The position numbers and the translations under genes were made by a program. Shown here in pieces: positions 28,448-37,220 of a stretch of DNA of 64,000 nucleotides; the first letter of the stretch is position 1; each line of letters starts with the position of its first letter. The stretch covers positions 1-64,000 of the forward strand of contig JBAXZR010000003.1 of assembly GCA_041670165.1 (NCBI GenBank). Reading direction: 5' to 3'. Source of the stretch: Clostridia bacterium. Its GTDB lineage: Bacteria; Bacillota; Clostridia; Christensenellales; UBA1242. The notes below the pieces were generated by a model, which had not been told where the DNA came from, did not search any database, and saw only the letters and a program-made list of their open reading frames with translations.

Positions 28448-29848
28448 ATGGAAGGTATAATTGGATTAATATTCACACTCGTTATTATTACAATAACAAT
28501 TTTGGCACTTATTGCCTCAAGATACAAAAAATGTCCATCAGATAAAATTATGGTTATCTATGGTAAAGTTGGAAAGAACAGTGATGGAACAAGCAGATCT
28601 GCTCGTTGCATTCATGGTGGTGCAGCCTTTATATGGCCTATTTTTCAGGCTTGTTATTTTCTCGACTTAACACCCATTTCAATCAGTGTTGACTTAACAA
28701 ATGCCCTTAGCCGTCAAAATATTCGTATTGATGTCCCTAGCCGTTTTACTGTTGGTGTTTCAACAGAAGCTGGAATTATGCAAAACGCAGCTGAAAGGCT
28801 ACTAGGTTTACAACTTCAGGACATTTCTGATCTTGCAAAAGATATTATTTTTGGACAGCTTCGTCTTGTTATTGCAACAATGGATATTGAAGAAATTAAC
28901 ACAGATCGGGATAAATTTTTGGAAGCAGTTTCAAGAAATGTTGAAGGTGAACTTAAAAAAATTGGACTTAGACTAATAAATGTTAACATCACTGATATCA
29001 GTGATGAATCAGGTTACATCGTTGCTCTCGGTAGAGAAGCTGCTGCAAAAGCAATTAACGATGCAAAAAGAACTGTTGCTGAAAAAAATCGTGATGGTTC
29101 AGTTGGTGAAGCTAATGCACAAAGAGATCAAAGAGTTCAAGTTGCAAGTGCAAACGCAACTGCAATTGAAGGCGAAAACAATTCCATTGCTCTTGTGTCG
29201 CAATCAAATGCAAAAAGGCGTGAAATTGAAGCTGATTCTTTAAGAATTGCAATTTCAGCAGAAAAAATTGCTGAAGCAAATTCAAAAAAAGAAGCATATT
29301 TAGCAGAAAAGCTAGCAGAAGAAGTTAGAGCAACAAGAGAAAAAGCAACTCTTGAAGCAGATGTTCTGGTTCAAATTGAAGTTGAAAAAAGAAGATTGGA
29401 ACTTGAAGCAGAAGCTTATGCCGAAAAAATTAGAATTCAAGCAAAAGGTGAAGCTGATGCAATTCTTCTTAAACGAGAAGCAGAGGCAAAAGGTTTCTCT
29501 GAAATTCTTTCAAAGCAGGCTGAAGGTTTCTCAAAAATTGTTCAATCTGTAAATGGAAATGTTAATGATGCAGTTAAAATTATGATTTCTGATAAACTTC
29601 CTGAACTTGTTAAACTTCAAGTTGAAGCAATTAAAAATATCAAAATTGACAAAGTTACTGTTTGGGATAATATGAACGGGAAAGATGGTTCAAGCACAAC
29701 TTCAAACTTTGTAAGCAGCATGTTAAAAGCTGTTCCCCCTCTTAATGAAGTGTTTAAAATGAGTGGTATGGAACTTCCTGAATATCTTGGAAAAGTTGAA
29801 AGTACAAAACAAGAAGCAAAAGACCAATCTAAAAAAGAAACCAAATAA
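28448..29848 (+). CDS. floT: Flotillin-like SPFH-domain protein (FloT/YuaG-like)
   Basis: N-terminal TM, SPFH domain, then a long Ala/Glu-rich coiled-coil (EA repeats). 466 aa. Confidence 0.85.
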   Translation: MEGIIGLIFTLVIITITILALIASRYKKCPSDKIMVIYGKVGKNSDGTSRSARCIHGGAAFIWPIFQACYFLDLTPISISVDLTNALSRQNIRIDVPSRFTVGVSTEAGIMQNAAERLLGLQLQDISDLAKDIIFGQLRLVIATMDIEEINTDRDKFLEAVSRNVEGELKKIGLRLINVNITDISDESGYIVALGREAAAKAINDAKRTVAEKNRDGSVGEANAQRDQRVQVASANATAIEGENNSIALVSQSNAKRREIEADSLRIAISAEKIAEANSKKEAYLAEKLAEEVRATREKATLEADVLVQIEVEKRRLELEAEAYAEKIRIQAKGEADAILLKREAEAKGFSEILSKQAEGFSKIVQSVNGNVNDAVKIMISDKLPELVKLQVEAIKNIKIDKVTVWDNMNGKDGSSTTSNFVSSMLKAVPPLNEVFKMSGMELPEYLGKVESTKQEAKDQSKKETK

Positions 29849-30056
29849 TTTTTAGAAGTGATTACAAAACATGTAATTACTTCTTTTTTAATAAAATTAT
29901 TATCAAAGTTTTTGCGGTTAAAAGAACTTAATCACAAGAATGGTAATGGTTTTATATATATTATTATACAATTAATTTTTCAACAAACTCAAAAGTCTTA
30001 TTGTTTTGCAAATAAAAACTATATATGGTACAATTATGTTACATAAGGAAAAAAAT

Positions 30057-30644
30057 ATGATTGTTGCAACAAATAATGCTGGAAAAGTGAACGAATTAAA
30101 ACAAATATTCTGTGATTACAATCTTGTTTCACTAAAAGATTTAAATGTTGACATTGATGTTGAAGAAAATCAAAATTCTTTTTTTGGAAACGCTTTTAAA
30201 AAGGCGAAAGAAATTTCGTTAAAACTCAATCAGCCGACTCTTGCTGATGACAGTGGAATTTGTATTGATGCTTTTGATGGTTGGCCTGGTGTTTACACTG
30301 CAAGATTTTTGGGTGAAAGGGTTTTGCCAAGACAAAGAAATGACTATATTCTTGATAGAATGAAAGGATTTTCAAAAGAGCAAAGAAAAGCGAAAATAAT
30401 TTGTGTTTTAGTATGTTATTTACCCGACGGAAGATTTGAGTTTGGAGAAGGAATTATTAATGGTTATATTTCTGAAAAAATCAAAGGTGATAATGGCTTT
30501 GGGTTTGATGAAATATTTGAGCTTGAAGATGGAAGAAATTTGGCAGAGTTAACAAAAGAAGAGAAAAATACACTTTCAGCAAGATATTTTGCTGCAGTAA
30601 ATCTAAAAAATAAATTGGATAAAATTGTTGAAATTGAAAAATAG
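30057..30644 (+). CDS. rdgB: Non-canonical purine NTP pyrophosphatase (RdgB/Ham1 family)
   Basis: MIVATNNAGKV..E, DDSGICIDAF.GWPGVYTARF, FGFD motifs. Start 30057 after RBS aaggaaaaaa. Confidence 0.85.
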   Translation: MIVATNNAGKVNELKQIFCDYNLVSLKDLNVDIDVEENQNSFFGNAFKKAKEISLKLNQPTLADDSGICIDAFDGWPGVYTARFLGERVLPRQRNDYILDRMKGFSKEQRKAKIICVLVCYLPDGRFEFGEGIINGYISEKIKGDNGFGFDEIFELEDGRNLAELTKEEKNTLSARYFAAVNLKNKLDKIVEIEK

Positions 30645-30981
30645 TACATTTGTGTATAGAAAATCAAAATTAAAAAAATTACCAATTTATAATTAATTTA
30701 AAAAAAATATATCTATAAAAGATTTAAGAAACTATTTAAAATAACAATATTTTTAAATGATAAGCTTGAATATAATATAAACATTTAAACATATCAAATT
30801 AAATTTGTTTAGAGCGGAATTTGTTTTGTTCAATTATTATTTTTATTTTTCTAATTATTATGTTCTAATTTTTATTGCGTTGGCTAATTAATTTTGAAAT
30901 TTTAAGTAAAATCATGTTTCACTTGCCATTTTTGGGGGCTTGTGATAATATTTTTAAGAAAAATTAGTATAAAGGATAGTT

Positions 30982-32415
30982 ATGGAAAAAAATAAAGTAG
31001 TTTCACAAATAGCAGACATAAATACAGATTTTACTCAATGGTACACAGATGTTGTTTTAAAAACAAATCTTGCTGATTATGGTCCAGCAAAGGGAACAAT
31101 GGTTATTCGCGAGTACGGCTATGAACTTTGGGAAAATTTTAAAAATGAACTTGATAGAAGAATTAAAAAAGAAGGACATAAAAATGTTTACTTTCCAATT
31201 TTTATTCCACTAAGCTTTTTTACAAGAGAAGCAGAACATGTTGAAGGGTTTGCCCCTGAACTTGCCACAGTTACTCAAGTTGGAAAAGAAATTTTGGCAG
31301 AGCCTCTTGTTGTTCGTCCAACAAGCGAAACAGTTATTTGCGATGCTTTTGCTAGATGGGTTTCTTCTTTCCGTGATTTGCCAGTTCTTATCAATCAATG
31401 GGCAAATGTTGTGAGAATGGAAAAAACCACAAGACCATTTCTTAGAACAACAGAATTTTTATGGCAAGAGGGACACACGCTTCATGCAACAAGAGAAGAA
31501 GCAGAGGCTCATACAATTAAAATGCTAAATATGTATGTTGATTTTGCAAAAGATTTTCTTGCAATTCCATTCTATTATGGAAAAAAGAGCGAGAAAGAAA
31601 AATTTGCGGGTGCTGTTTACACATACACTGTTGAAGGTGTTATGAATGATGGAAAAAGCTTACAATGTGGCACAAGCCATTATCTTGGTGAAAATTTTGC
31701 AAAAGTTTTCAATATAAACTTTCAAGATAAAGATGAAATCGTTAAACACCCTCATCAAACTTCTTGGGGTATGTCTACAAGAATGATTGGCGCAATTATA
31801 ATGGTTCATGGAGATGAAAGAGGACTCAGACTTCCGCCAAAAGTTGCTCCAATACAAGTTGTTATTGTTCCAATTGCCAGCCATAAAGGTGGAGTGATTG
31901 AAAAATGCGATGAAATTAAAAACATTTTGGAAACCAAAGGAATTAAAGTTTTTGTTGATAAATCAGATAATCAAACTGGTTGGAAATTTAATGAGTGGGA
32001 ACTTAAAGGTGTTCCAATTAGACTTGAAATTGGACCAAAAGATATTGAAGCAGGAAACGCAGTTTTGTTTAGAAGAGATTTAAACACAAAAAGCCCAGTT
32101 TCTCTTAATAACATTGAAACAACTGTTGCTGAAACACTTGAAAGTATTCATTGCAATCTTTATCAGCAAGCCAAGCAAAAAATGGCTGATAAAACAAAAA
32201 GTGTAAAAAATATGGAAGAGCTTAATCAAGCCATTGAAACAGGAAATTTTGCATTTGCTCCATGGTGCGGTTCAAGAGAATGTGAAGATAAAATTAAGGA
32301 AATTTCAGGAGCATCTAGCAGATGCACACCTGATTCACAAACTGATTCAATTAAAAAATGTGTTTATTGTGGTAAAGAATGTAAACACGAAACTTATTTT
32401 GCAAAAAACTATTAA
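30982..32415 (+). CDS. proS: Proline--tRNA ligase, archaeal/eukaryotic-type (no editing INS domain, C-terminal Zn-binding domain)
   Basis: 477 aa. Class II motifs FLRTTEF.WQEGH. C-terminal Cys cluster CGSRECE...C..CGKEC. Confidence 0.88.
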   Translation: MEKNKVVSQIADINTDFTQWYTDVVLKTNLADYGPAKGTMVIREYGYELWENFKNELDRRIKKEGHKNVYFPIFIPLSFFTREAEHVEGFAPELATVTQVGKEILAEPLVVRPTSETVICDAFARWVSSFRDLPVLINQWANVVRMEKTTRPFLRTTEFLWQEGHTLHATREEAEAHTIKMLNMYVDFAKDFLAIPFYYGKKSEKEKFAGAVYTYTVEGVMNDGKSLQCGTSHYLGENFAKVFNINFQDKDEIVKHPHQTSWGMSTRMIGAIIMVHGDERGLRLPPKVAPIQVVIVPIASHKGGVIEKCDEIKNILETKGIKVFVDKSDNQTGWKFNEWELKGVPIRLEIGPKDIEAGNAVLFRRDLNTKSPVSLNNIETTVAETLESIHCNLYQQAKQKMADKTKSVKNMEELNQAIETGNFAFAPWCGSRECEDKIKEISGASSRCTPDSQTDSIKKCVYCGKECKHETYFAKNY

Positions 32416-32420
32416 TATTT

Positions 32421-32450
32421 AAAAAATCCACCATAATTGGTGGATTTTTT
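32421..32450. terminator. Bidirectional rho-independent terminator between proS and a convergent small gene
   Basis: A-run, atccacc-ataatt-ggtggat hairpin, T-run. Confidence 0.65.
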
Positions 32451-32468
32451 GAAATTTGAGTTAATAAT

Positions 32469-32615
32469 TTACATTTCAAAGTGTTCTTTGTCAGTTTGTG
32501 TTGGTGGAAGAGTTTGTCCTTTTTGAATATCTACTTTCCCTTTCACTTTACCGCTTTGATCAACAACATTATAACTGCCAGTTTTTGGAGCAGTTTCGCC
32601 TGATTTGTATTTCAT
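32469..32615 (-). CDS. Small YjzC-like protein (48 aa), absent from the supplied ORF track
   Basis: Minus-strand ORF MKYKSGETAPKTGSYNVVDQSGKVKGKVDIQKGQTLPPTQTDKEHFEM with a strong RBS aaaggaggg. Resembles B. subtilis YjzC (..PGDKAPNNG.Y...G......V.L.KGD.FP.T). Confidence 0.5.
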   Translation of the reverse strand: MKYKSGETAPKTGSYNVVDQSGKVKGKVDIQKGQTLPPTQTDKEHFEM

Positions 32616-32778
32616 AATTCCCTCCTTTCTAGAATATTATGTGTAATAATGCGACATAATATACTAAATTTTGACAAATATAATATGTGTAAATTATCGT
32701 TTGCTAAATTGAATAAATTGTGTTAAATTACTAAAGAATAGAGTAGTAATTAAAACAAATTTTATATAGGAGTGTTAA

Positions 32779-33885
32779 ATGAAAAATAAATTTTTTGCAT
32801 TATGCATGTTGTTAATTGTTGCTTGTGGCTTTGCGGCTTGTGATTTTGGAGGAAATTATACCTCACAAAATAGTCCTAATGGCTCTCTTGTTTATGCAGA
32901 TGCCATTGAAATTGTTGAAGGCGACACTTTGTCTGATGTTGTTGACAAAATTTTGCCTGCGTGCGTTTCTATAACATTGTCCAATGACAATGAAGTTTAT
33001 CTTGGAAGTGGTATTGCTGTTGCACCTGGTGGAATTATTGCAACAAATTATCATGTAATAAGCAATCTTGTTCCGCCAACAGATTTTTCACTAAAAGTAT
33101 ATCAAAATGGAGATATGACAGTTGGTCAAGATGCAACACTTTTATGGTGGAGCAGTTCAACTGACACAGCTCTTATAAAATTGAATAATGGTGATATGCC
33201 ATTTGCTTCAATGTCTGATAGAACAGTTTACTATACTGAAGGCAATAAGTTGAGAGTATTGGAAGATGTTGTCACAATTGGTACACCTCTTGAACTCTCT
33301 CTTCAAAACACTGCAACCAAAGGAGTTGTGAGCCATTTGGATAGACTCGCAGTTGCTGATGGTCGTTTGTATGAAGATCTTATTCAACATGACAGTTCAA
33401 TAAGCCCTGGGAATAGTGGTGGTGCTCTTATTGATAGTCGTGGAAATGTTATTGGATTAAATACATTGGGCAGAACTGATACTGATGCTAGCGGACTTTT
33501 CTATGCCGTTCCAATCACACCTATCATTAGTGTTTTACCAAATGTTATTTCAGCTGTTAACGCAGGAACAACATATCTCACTCCTACACTTGGTGTTGTT
33601 GGTTCTGACAAAAATATGAATTCAAGTGAATATTCTGAAGATGGATTTTACATTTCTCAAGTACTTGATAATGCTTCATTAACTGGAAAGGTTCAAATTG
33701 GCGATGTTATTGTTGCTTTTGAAAAAGATGGTGTTACATATTCAATTACTGATAGAAATGATATTGCCTACACTCTTTATCGTTTTAAAAAAGGTGATGA
33801 ACTTAAAGTGATTGTTAAACGAGGAGCTTTAGTAGTAAGCGATGTTGAAATAACATTTAGTATTACTAGTGAGGGAAATAACTAA
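32779..33885 (+). CDS. Lipoprotein trypsin-like serine protease (S1C/HtrA-like) with a C-terminal PDZ-like domain
   Basis: Lipobox ..VACGFAAC. Triad context NYHVI (His), DTALIKL (Asp), GNSGGALID (Ser). C-terminal G-D-V-I PDZ-like segment. Confidence 0.8.
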   Translation: MKNKFFALCMLLIVACGFAACDFGGNYTSQNSPNGSLVYADAIEIVEGDTLSDVVDKILPACVSITLSNDNEVYLGSGIAVAPGGIIATNYHVISNLVPPTDFSLKVYQNGDMTVGQDATLLWWSSSTDTALIKLNNGDMPFASMSDRTVYYTEGNKLRVLEDVVTIGTPLELSLQNTATKGVVSHLDRLAVADGRLYEDLIQHDSSISPGNSGGALIDSRGNVIGLNTLGRTDTDASGLFYAVPITPIISVLPNVISAVNAGTTYLTPTLGVVGSDKNMNSSEYSEDGFYISQVLDNASLTGKVQIGDVIVAFEKDGVTYSITDRNDIAYTLYRFKKGDELKVIVKRGALVVSDVEITFSITSEGNN

Positions 33886-33903
33886 AAATTTTTAGGAGCA
33901 CAA

Positions 33904-34908
33904 ATGATAGAACTTGCTGTTGAGATTGGAAACACAAACACAACAATCTTTAAATATGGCTATGGAATTGTTTTGCGTGAACCAACTCTTGTTGCTGTTG
34001 AAGAAAAAGATGGTTTGTTCACCGTTAAAGCATTTGGCGAAGATGCTTTGTTGTTGCAAGGAAAGACTGATGAATCAATAACAATTTTTTCTCCAGTATC
34101 TTTAAACAAAATTATTTCACCTGAATATGCTGAACTATTTTTGAAATACTTATTGAAAAAAGTTTTTAATTTTGAAGAAAGTTCAAAAAAAATTAGCATT
34201 ACCTTTTGTATTCCTGTTTCTTTTGATTCTGAAAACAGAAATATTTTAGAAAAAATTGCAGTTAATCTTAATTGTGCAGATTTTAGATTTGCTCCTTCTT
34301 GTGTTTTGGCAGTTTTAGGAATTAGAAATGATGTCAATGACGCTAGTCCTGTTATGGTTGCAGATTTAGGTGGTGGAAAATGCGACCTTGCCGTTGTTAG
34401 AGGGCTTGAAATTGAAAAAGGCATTTCGATTTTCATGGGTGGGAAAAATTTAGATGATTCAATTATGAAATTTTTAGAAGAACAGTTTTCAATTCAAATT
34501 GGAACTCTTGTTGCAAAAGAAATTAAAGATGAAATATCAAGTCTTTTTGCTAATAACATTTCTCATATTCAAGTAGTTGGCAAAAGCATTACAAATAATG
34601 AACCAAAAAAAATCGATTTAACTGCAAATGATATTTTGTCTATAGTTGAAGAATTTTTTGATAAAGTTTCAAATTCAATAGCATTATTTGTTTCATCTTG
34701 TCAAGTTGACACAATTGCTGAAATTTCAAAAAATGGAGTTTATATTATTGGTGGTCTTTCAAACATTTCAAATCTTAAGAACTATTTAATGAACAAACAA
34801 AAAAATCTAGTTTTTATCCCTGAAAACAATGATTCTTTAATTATGGACGGTGCAAAAATTGCTATTAAAAATCCAAAAATTTTAGACAAAATTTGTGCAT
34901 CATTTTAA
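33904..34908 (+). CDS. Divergent actin-fold ATPase (MreB/Mbl/FtsA superfamily)
   Basis: ELAVEIGNTNTTIFKYGYGIVLREPTLVAV (phosphate-1), MVADLGGGKCDLAVV (phosphate-2), C-terminal IIGGLSN (adenosine motif). Much more diverged than a canonical MreB. Confidence 0.6.
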   Translation: MIELAVEIGNTNTTIFKYGYGIVLREPTLVAVEEKDGLFTVKAFGEDALLLQGKTDESITIFSPVSLNKIISPEYAELFLKYLLKKVFNFEESSKKISITFCIPVSFDSENRNILEKIAVNLNCADFRFAPSCVLAVLGIRNDVNDASPVMVADLGGGKCDLAVVRGLEIEKGISIFMGGKNLDDSIMKFLEEQFSIQIGTLVAKEIKDEISSLFANNISHIQVVGKSITNNEPKKIDLTANDILSIVEEFFDKVSNSIALFVSSCQVDTIAEISKNGVYIIGGLSNISNLKNYLMNKQKNLVFIPENNDSLIMDGAKIAIKNPKILDKICASF

Positions 34909-34993
34909 CAATCGTACAAATATACATTTTTGCGACAATATTCTTTAAAAATATGATTTCCGATCATATTTTTTTTTGATAAAATTTTTATAT

Positions 34994-35785
34994 ATGGCAA
35001 GAAAAATAGTTTTAACAAGTGGTAAGGGTGGGGTTGGTAAAACAACTGTTTGTGCTGGTCTTGGTGCAAGGCTTGCAGCAATGGGCTTTCGTGTACTTTT
35101 GATAGATGTTGACCTTGGACTTAATAACTTAGATGTTGTTATGGGTGTTGAAAACAAAATTGTGTTTGATATTGTTGATGTGATTCAAGGCAGGTGCAGA
35201 CCAAAGCAAGCTCTTATTCAAGATGAGTTTTTTTCTTCACTTTATGTTATGCCTTCAGCACACTCTTTTAGCAAATCTTGTGTAACTGGTGAAAACATTA
35301 AAAATGTTGTTGGAATGATGGATTCTAGCTTCGATTACATATTAATTGATTGCCCAGCTGGTGTTGAAAGTGGCTTTCATAGAGCAGTCTTTTCAGCAAA
35401 CGAGGCACTTATTGTTGTTACTCCACACATTTCTAGCATAAGAGATGCTGACAAGGTTTTGGGAATTTTGTCCTCATACAATCTTGAGAGTAAAGGGCTT
35501 ATTATAAACAGGATAAGGGGCGATATGGTGCTTTCTGGAGATATGATTGAACCAAGTGAAATTGTTTCGTTTTTAAAAATTCCACTTGTTGGAGTTGTGC
35601 CAGAAGATGATCTTGTTTCAAAGGCAACGGGTATTATGGATTTTGCAAAAAGCCCTTCAGCTGGTCGTGCTCTTTCACTTATTGCAGAAAACATTCACAC
35701 AGGTTCAAAAAAAATATTCGATTTCACAATGAAATATCGGGGACTTTGGGGAGCAATTAAAACAAGTTTAAAAAGAAAATTGTAA
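34994..35785 (+). CDS. minD: Septum site-determining ATPase MinD
   Basis: Deviant Walker A SGKGGVGKTT. 263 aa from ATG 34994. Confidence 0.9.
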   Translation: MARKIVLTSGKGGVGKTTVCAGLGARLAAMGFRVLLIDVDLGLNNLDVVMGVENKIVFDIVDVIQGRCRPKQALIQDEFFSSLYVMPSAHSFSKSCVTGENIKNVVGMMDSSFDYILIDCPAGVESGFHRAVFSANEALIVVTPHISSIRDADKVLGILSSYNLESKGLIINRIRGDMVLSGDMIEPSEIVSFLKIPLVGVVPEDDLVSKATGIMDFAKSPSAGRALSLIAENIHTGSKKIFDFTMKYRGLWGAIKTSLKRKL

Positions 35786-35797
35786 AGGAGAAAAATT

Positions 35798-36046
35798 ATG
35801 TCATCAATTGGTGAAAAACAGGCAACAAGGCTAAAAAGTGTTTTGGTTGGCGACAAAACTCAAGACAACAAAAGAGTTTGTGAACTTCTAAAAAGTGAGC
35901 TAGTAAATGTTCTTGAAGAATATTTGTGTTTGCAAGGAGATCAGATTGTTAAACTAGAAATGAATGAAGATGGAGAATTTGTTGTTTCTATGAATGCAAA
36001 GGCAAGTCGCATAAAAAATTTTGGTGTAATTTCAAGTTCATTTTAA
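35798..36046 (+). CDS. minE: Cell division topological specificity factor MinE
   Basis: 82 aa. N-terminal MinD-interacting helix and C-terminal alpha/beta domain align with MinE. RBS aaaggag. Confidence 0.75.
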   Translation: MSSIGEKQATRLKSVLVGDKTQDNKRVCELLKSELVNVLEEYLCLQGDQIVKLEMNEDGEFVVSMNAKASRIKNFGVISSSF

Positions 36047-36087
36047 AAAAGAAAAATAATTAGACAAAAAAAAGCATATCTTTCTTT

Positions 36088-36312
36088 ATGAAAAACAACT
36101 TTGGAAACAATGTTTCTCTTTCAAAAGGGGAAAAATGCAGGCAAGTCGAAATTAAACACAAAATTAATTTAAGAATTTTTTTTAAATCATTTTTAATAAT
36201 ATTTTTAGTAATCCTTTTGTTGGCTATGGTTTGGTTTTTTGTGCCAATAGTACAAATTTTAGTAAATTTGCTAATAAATATGATAATTGAAATTTTTGAG
36301 AGTTTGGCATGA
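36088..36312 (+). CDS. Small two-TM membrane protein, stop overlapping the start of the downstream M50 protease (ATGA)
   Basis: Hydrophobic C-terminal half. No clear RBS. Translational coupling with 36309 is the main support. Confidence 0.4.
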   Translation: MKNNFGNNVSLSKGEKCRQVEIKHKINLRIFFKSFLIIFLVILLLAMVWFFVPIVQILVNLLINMIIEIFESLA

Positions 36313-37151
36313 AAAAAATAAGAATTCATCCATTATTGATTTTAATGGCTATTATTTTGATTGCATTTGGGCTTGGAAAGGTTGTTTTTTCGGCTTTTAT
36401 TGCACTTGTTGTACATGAAGTAGGTCACACCATAGCAGCTAAAAAACTAGGTTTGGAAATTAAAAGTTTGTTTCTTTTGCCATTTGGTGCAAGTCTTAAT
36501 CTTAAAAAAAGTACATTAAGTATCAGAGAAGAAATTGTCATTGCAATAATGGGTCCAATATTTAGTTTGGCAAGCATAATTGTTTGTGTTGCTTTTTGGT
36601 GGATATTTCCTGTTACCTACATTTTTACAAAAGACTTTGTTTGGGCAGGTGTTTCACTTTTCCTTATAAATCTTTTGCCAGCATTTCCTTTGGACGGAGG
36701 AAGGGTGTTGTGGGCAATTATTTCTAATAATTATTTAGAAAAAAATGCGAGAAAAATTGTTGTGTGGAGTAACTTATTTTTTTCTGCACTGTTTTTTGTT
36801 CTTTTTGCAACAAGTTTTTTAACTTCAATAAATATCACATTTGCATTTATGAGTTTTTTTCTTGTTCAAGGAATTTTTGAAAACAAATGGTCATCAGAAT
36901 ATTCAAAATTACTATACAAATATGATTCAAGAAGACAAAAAGGAAATGTTGTTGGTGTTAAAACAATTTCTGTAAGTCCAGAAACAACAATTCTTAAGAT
37001 ATTGCAAAATATGAGTAAAACAAAGGTTAATCAGGTTCTTGTTTGCATGCCAAACGGAAAAATGAAAGCAATGTTTGATACTCAGTTTGAATCAATATGT
37101 GAAAAATACCCACTTGATTACACGATTAAAGAAGTTTTTAAAATAAAATAA
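36309..37151 (+). CDS. Site-2 protease family M50 zinc metalloprotease with a C-terminal CBS-like domain (SpoIVFB-like)
   Basis: HEVGHTIAA (HExxH) in TM helix 2, FPLDGGRV (LDG motif), C-terminal soluble ~90 aa. Confidence 0.75.
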   Translation: MKKIRIHPLLILMAIILIAFGLGKVVFSAFIALVVHEVGHTIAAKKLGLEIKSLFLLPFGASLNLKKSTLSIREEIVIAIMGPIFSLASIIVCVAFWWIFPVTYIFTKDFVWAGVSLFLINLLPAFPLDGGRVLWAIISNNYLEKNARKIVVWSNLFFSALFFVLFATSFLTSINITFAFMSFFLVQGIFENKWSSEYSKLLYKYDSRRQKGNVVGVKTISVSPETTILKILQNMSKTKVNQVLVCMPNGKMKAMFDTQFESICEKYPLDYTIKEVFKIK

Positions 37152-37220
37152 AACATTTTTGTCATATGCTTGTGTTTTTATGTAATTTTTGTTAAAATTT
37201 CAAGAACAAGAGAGGAAAAA

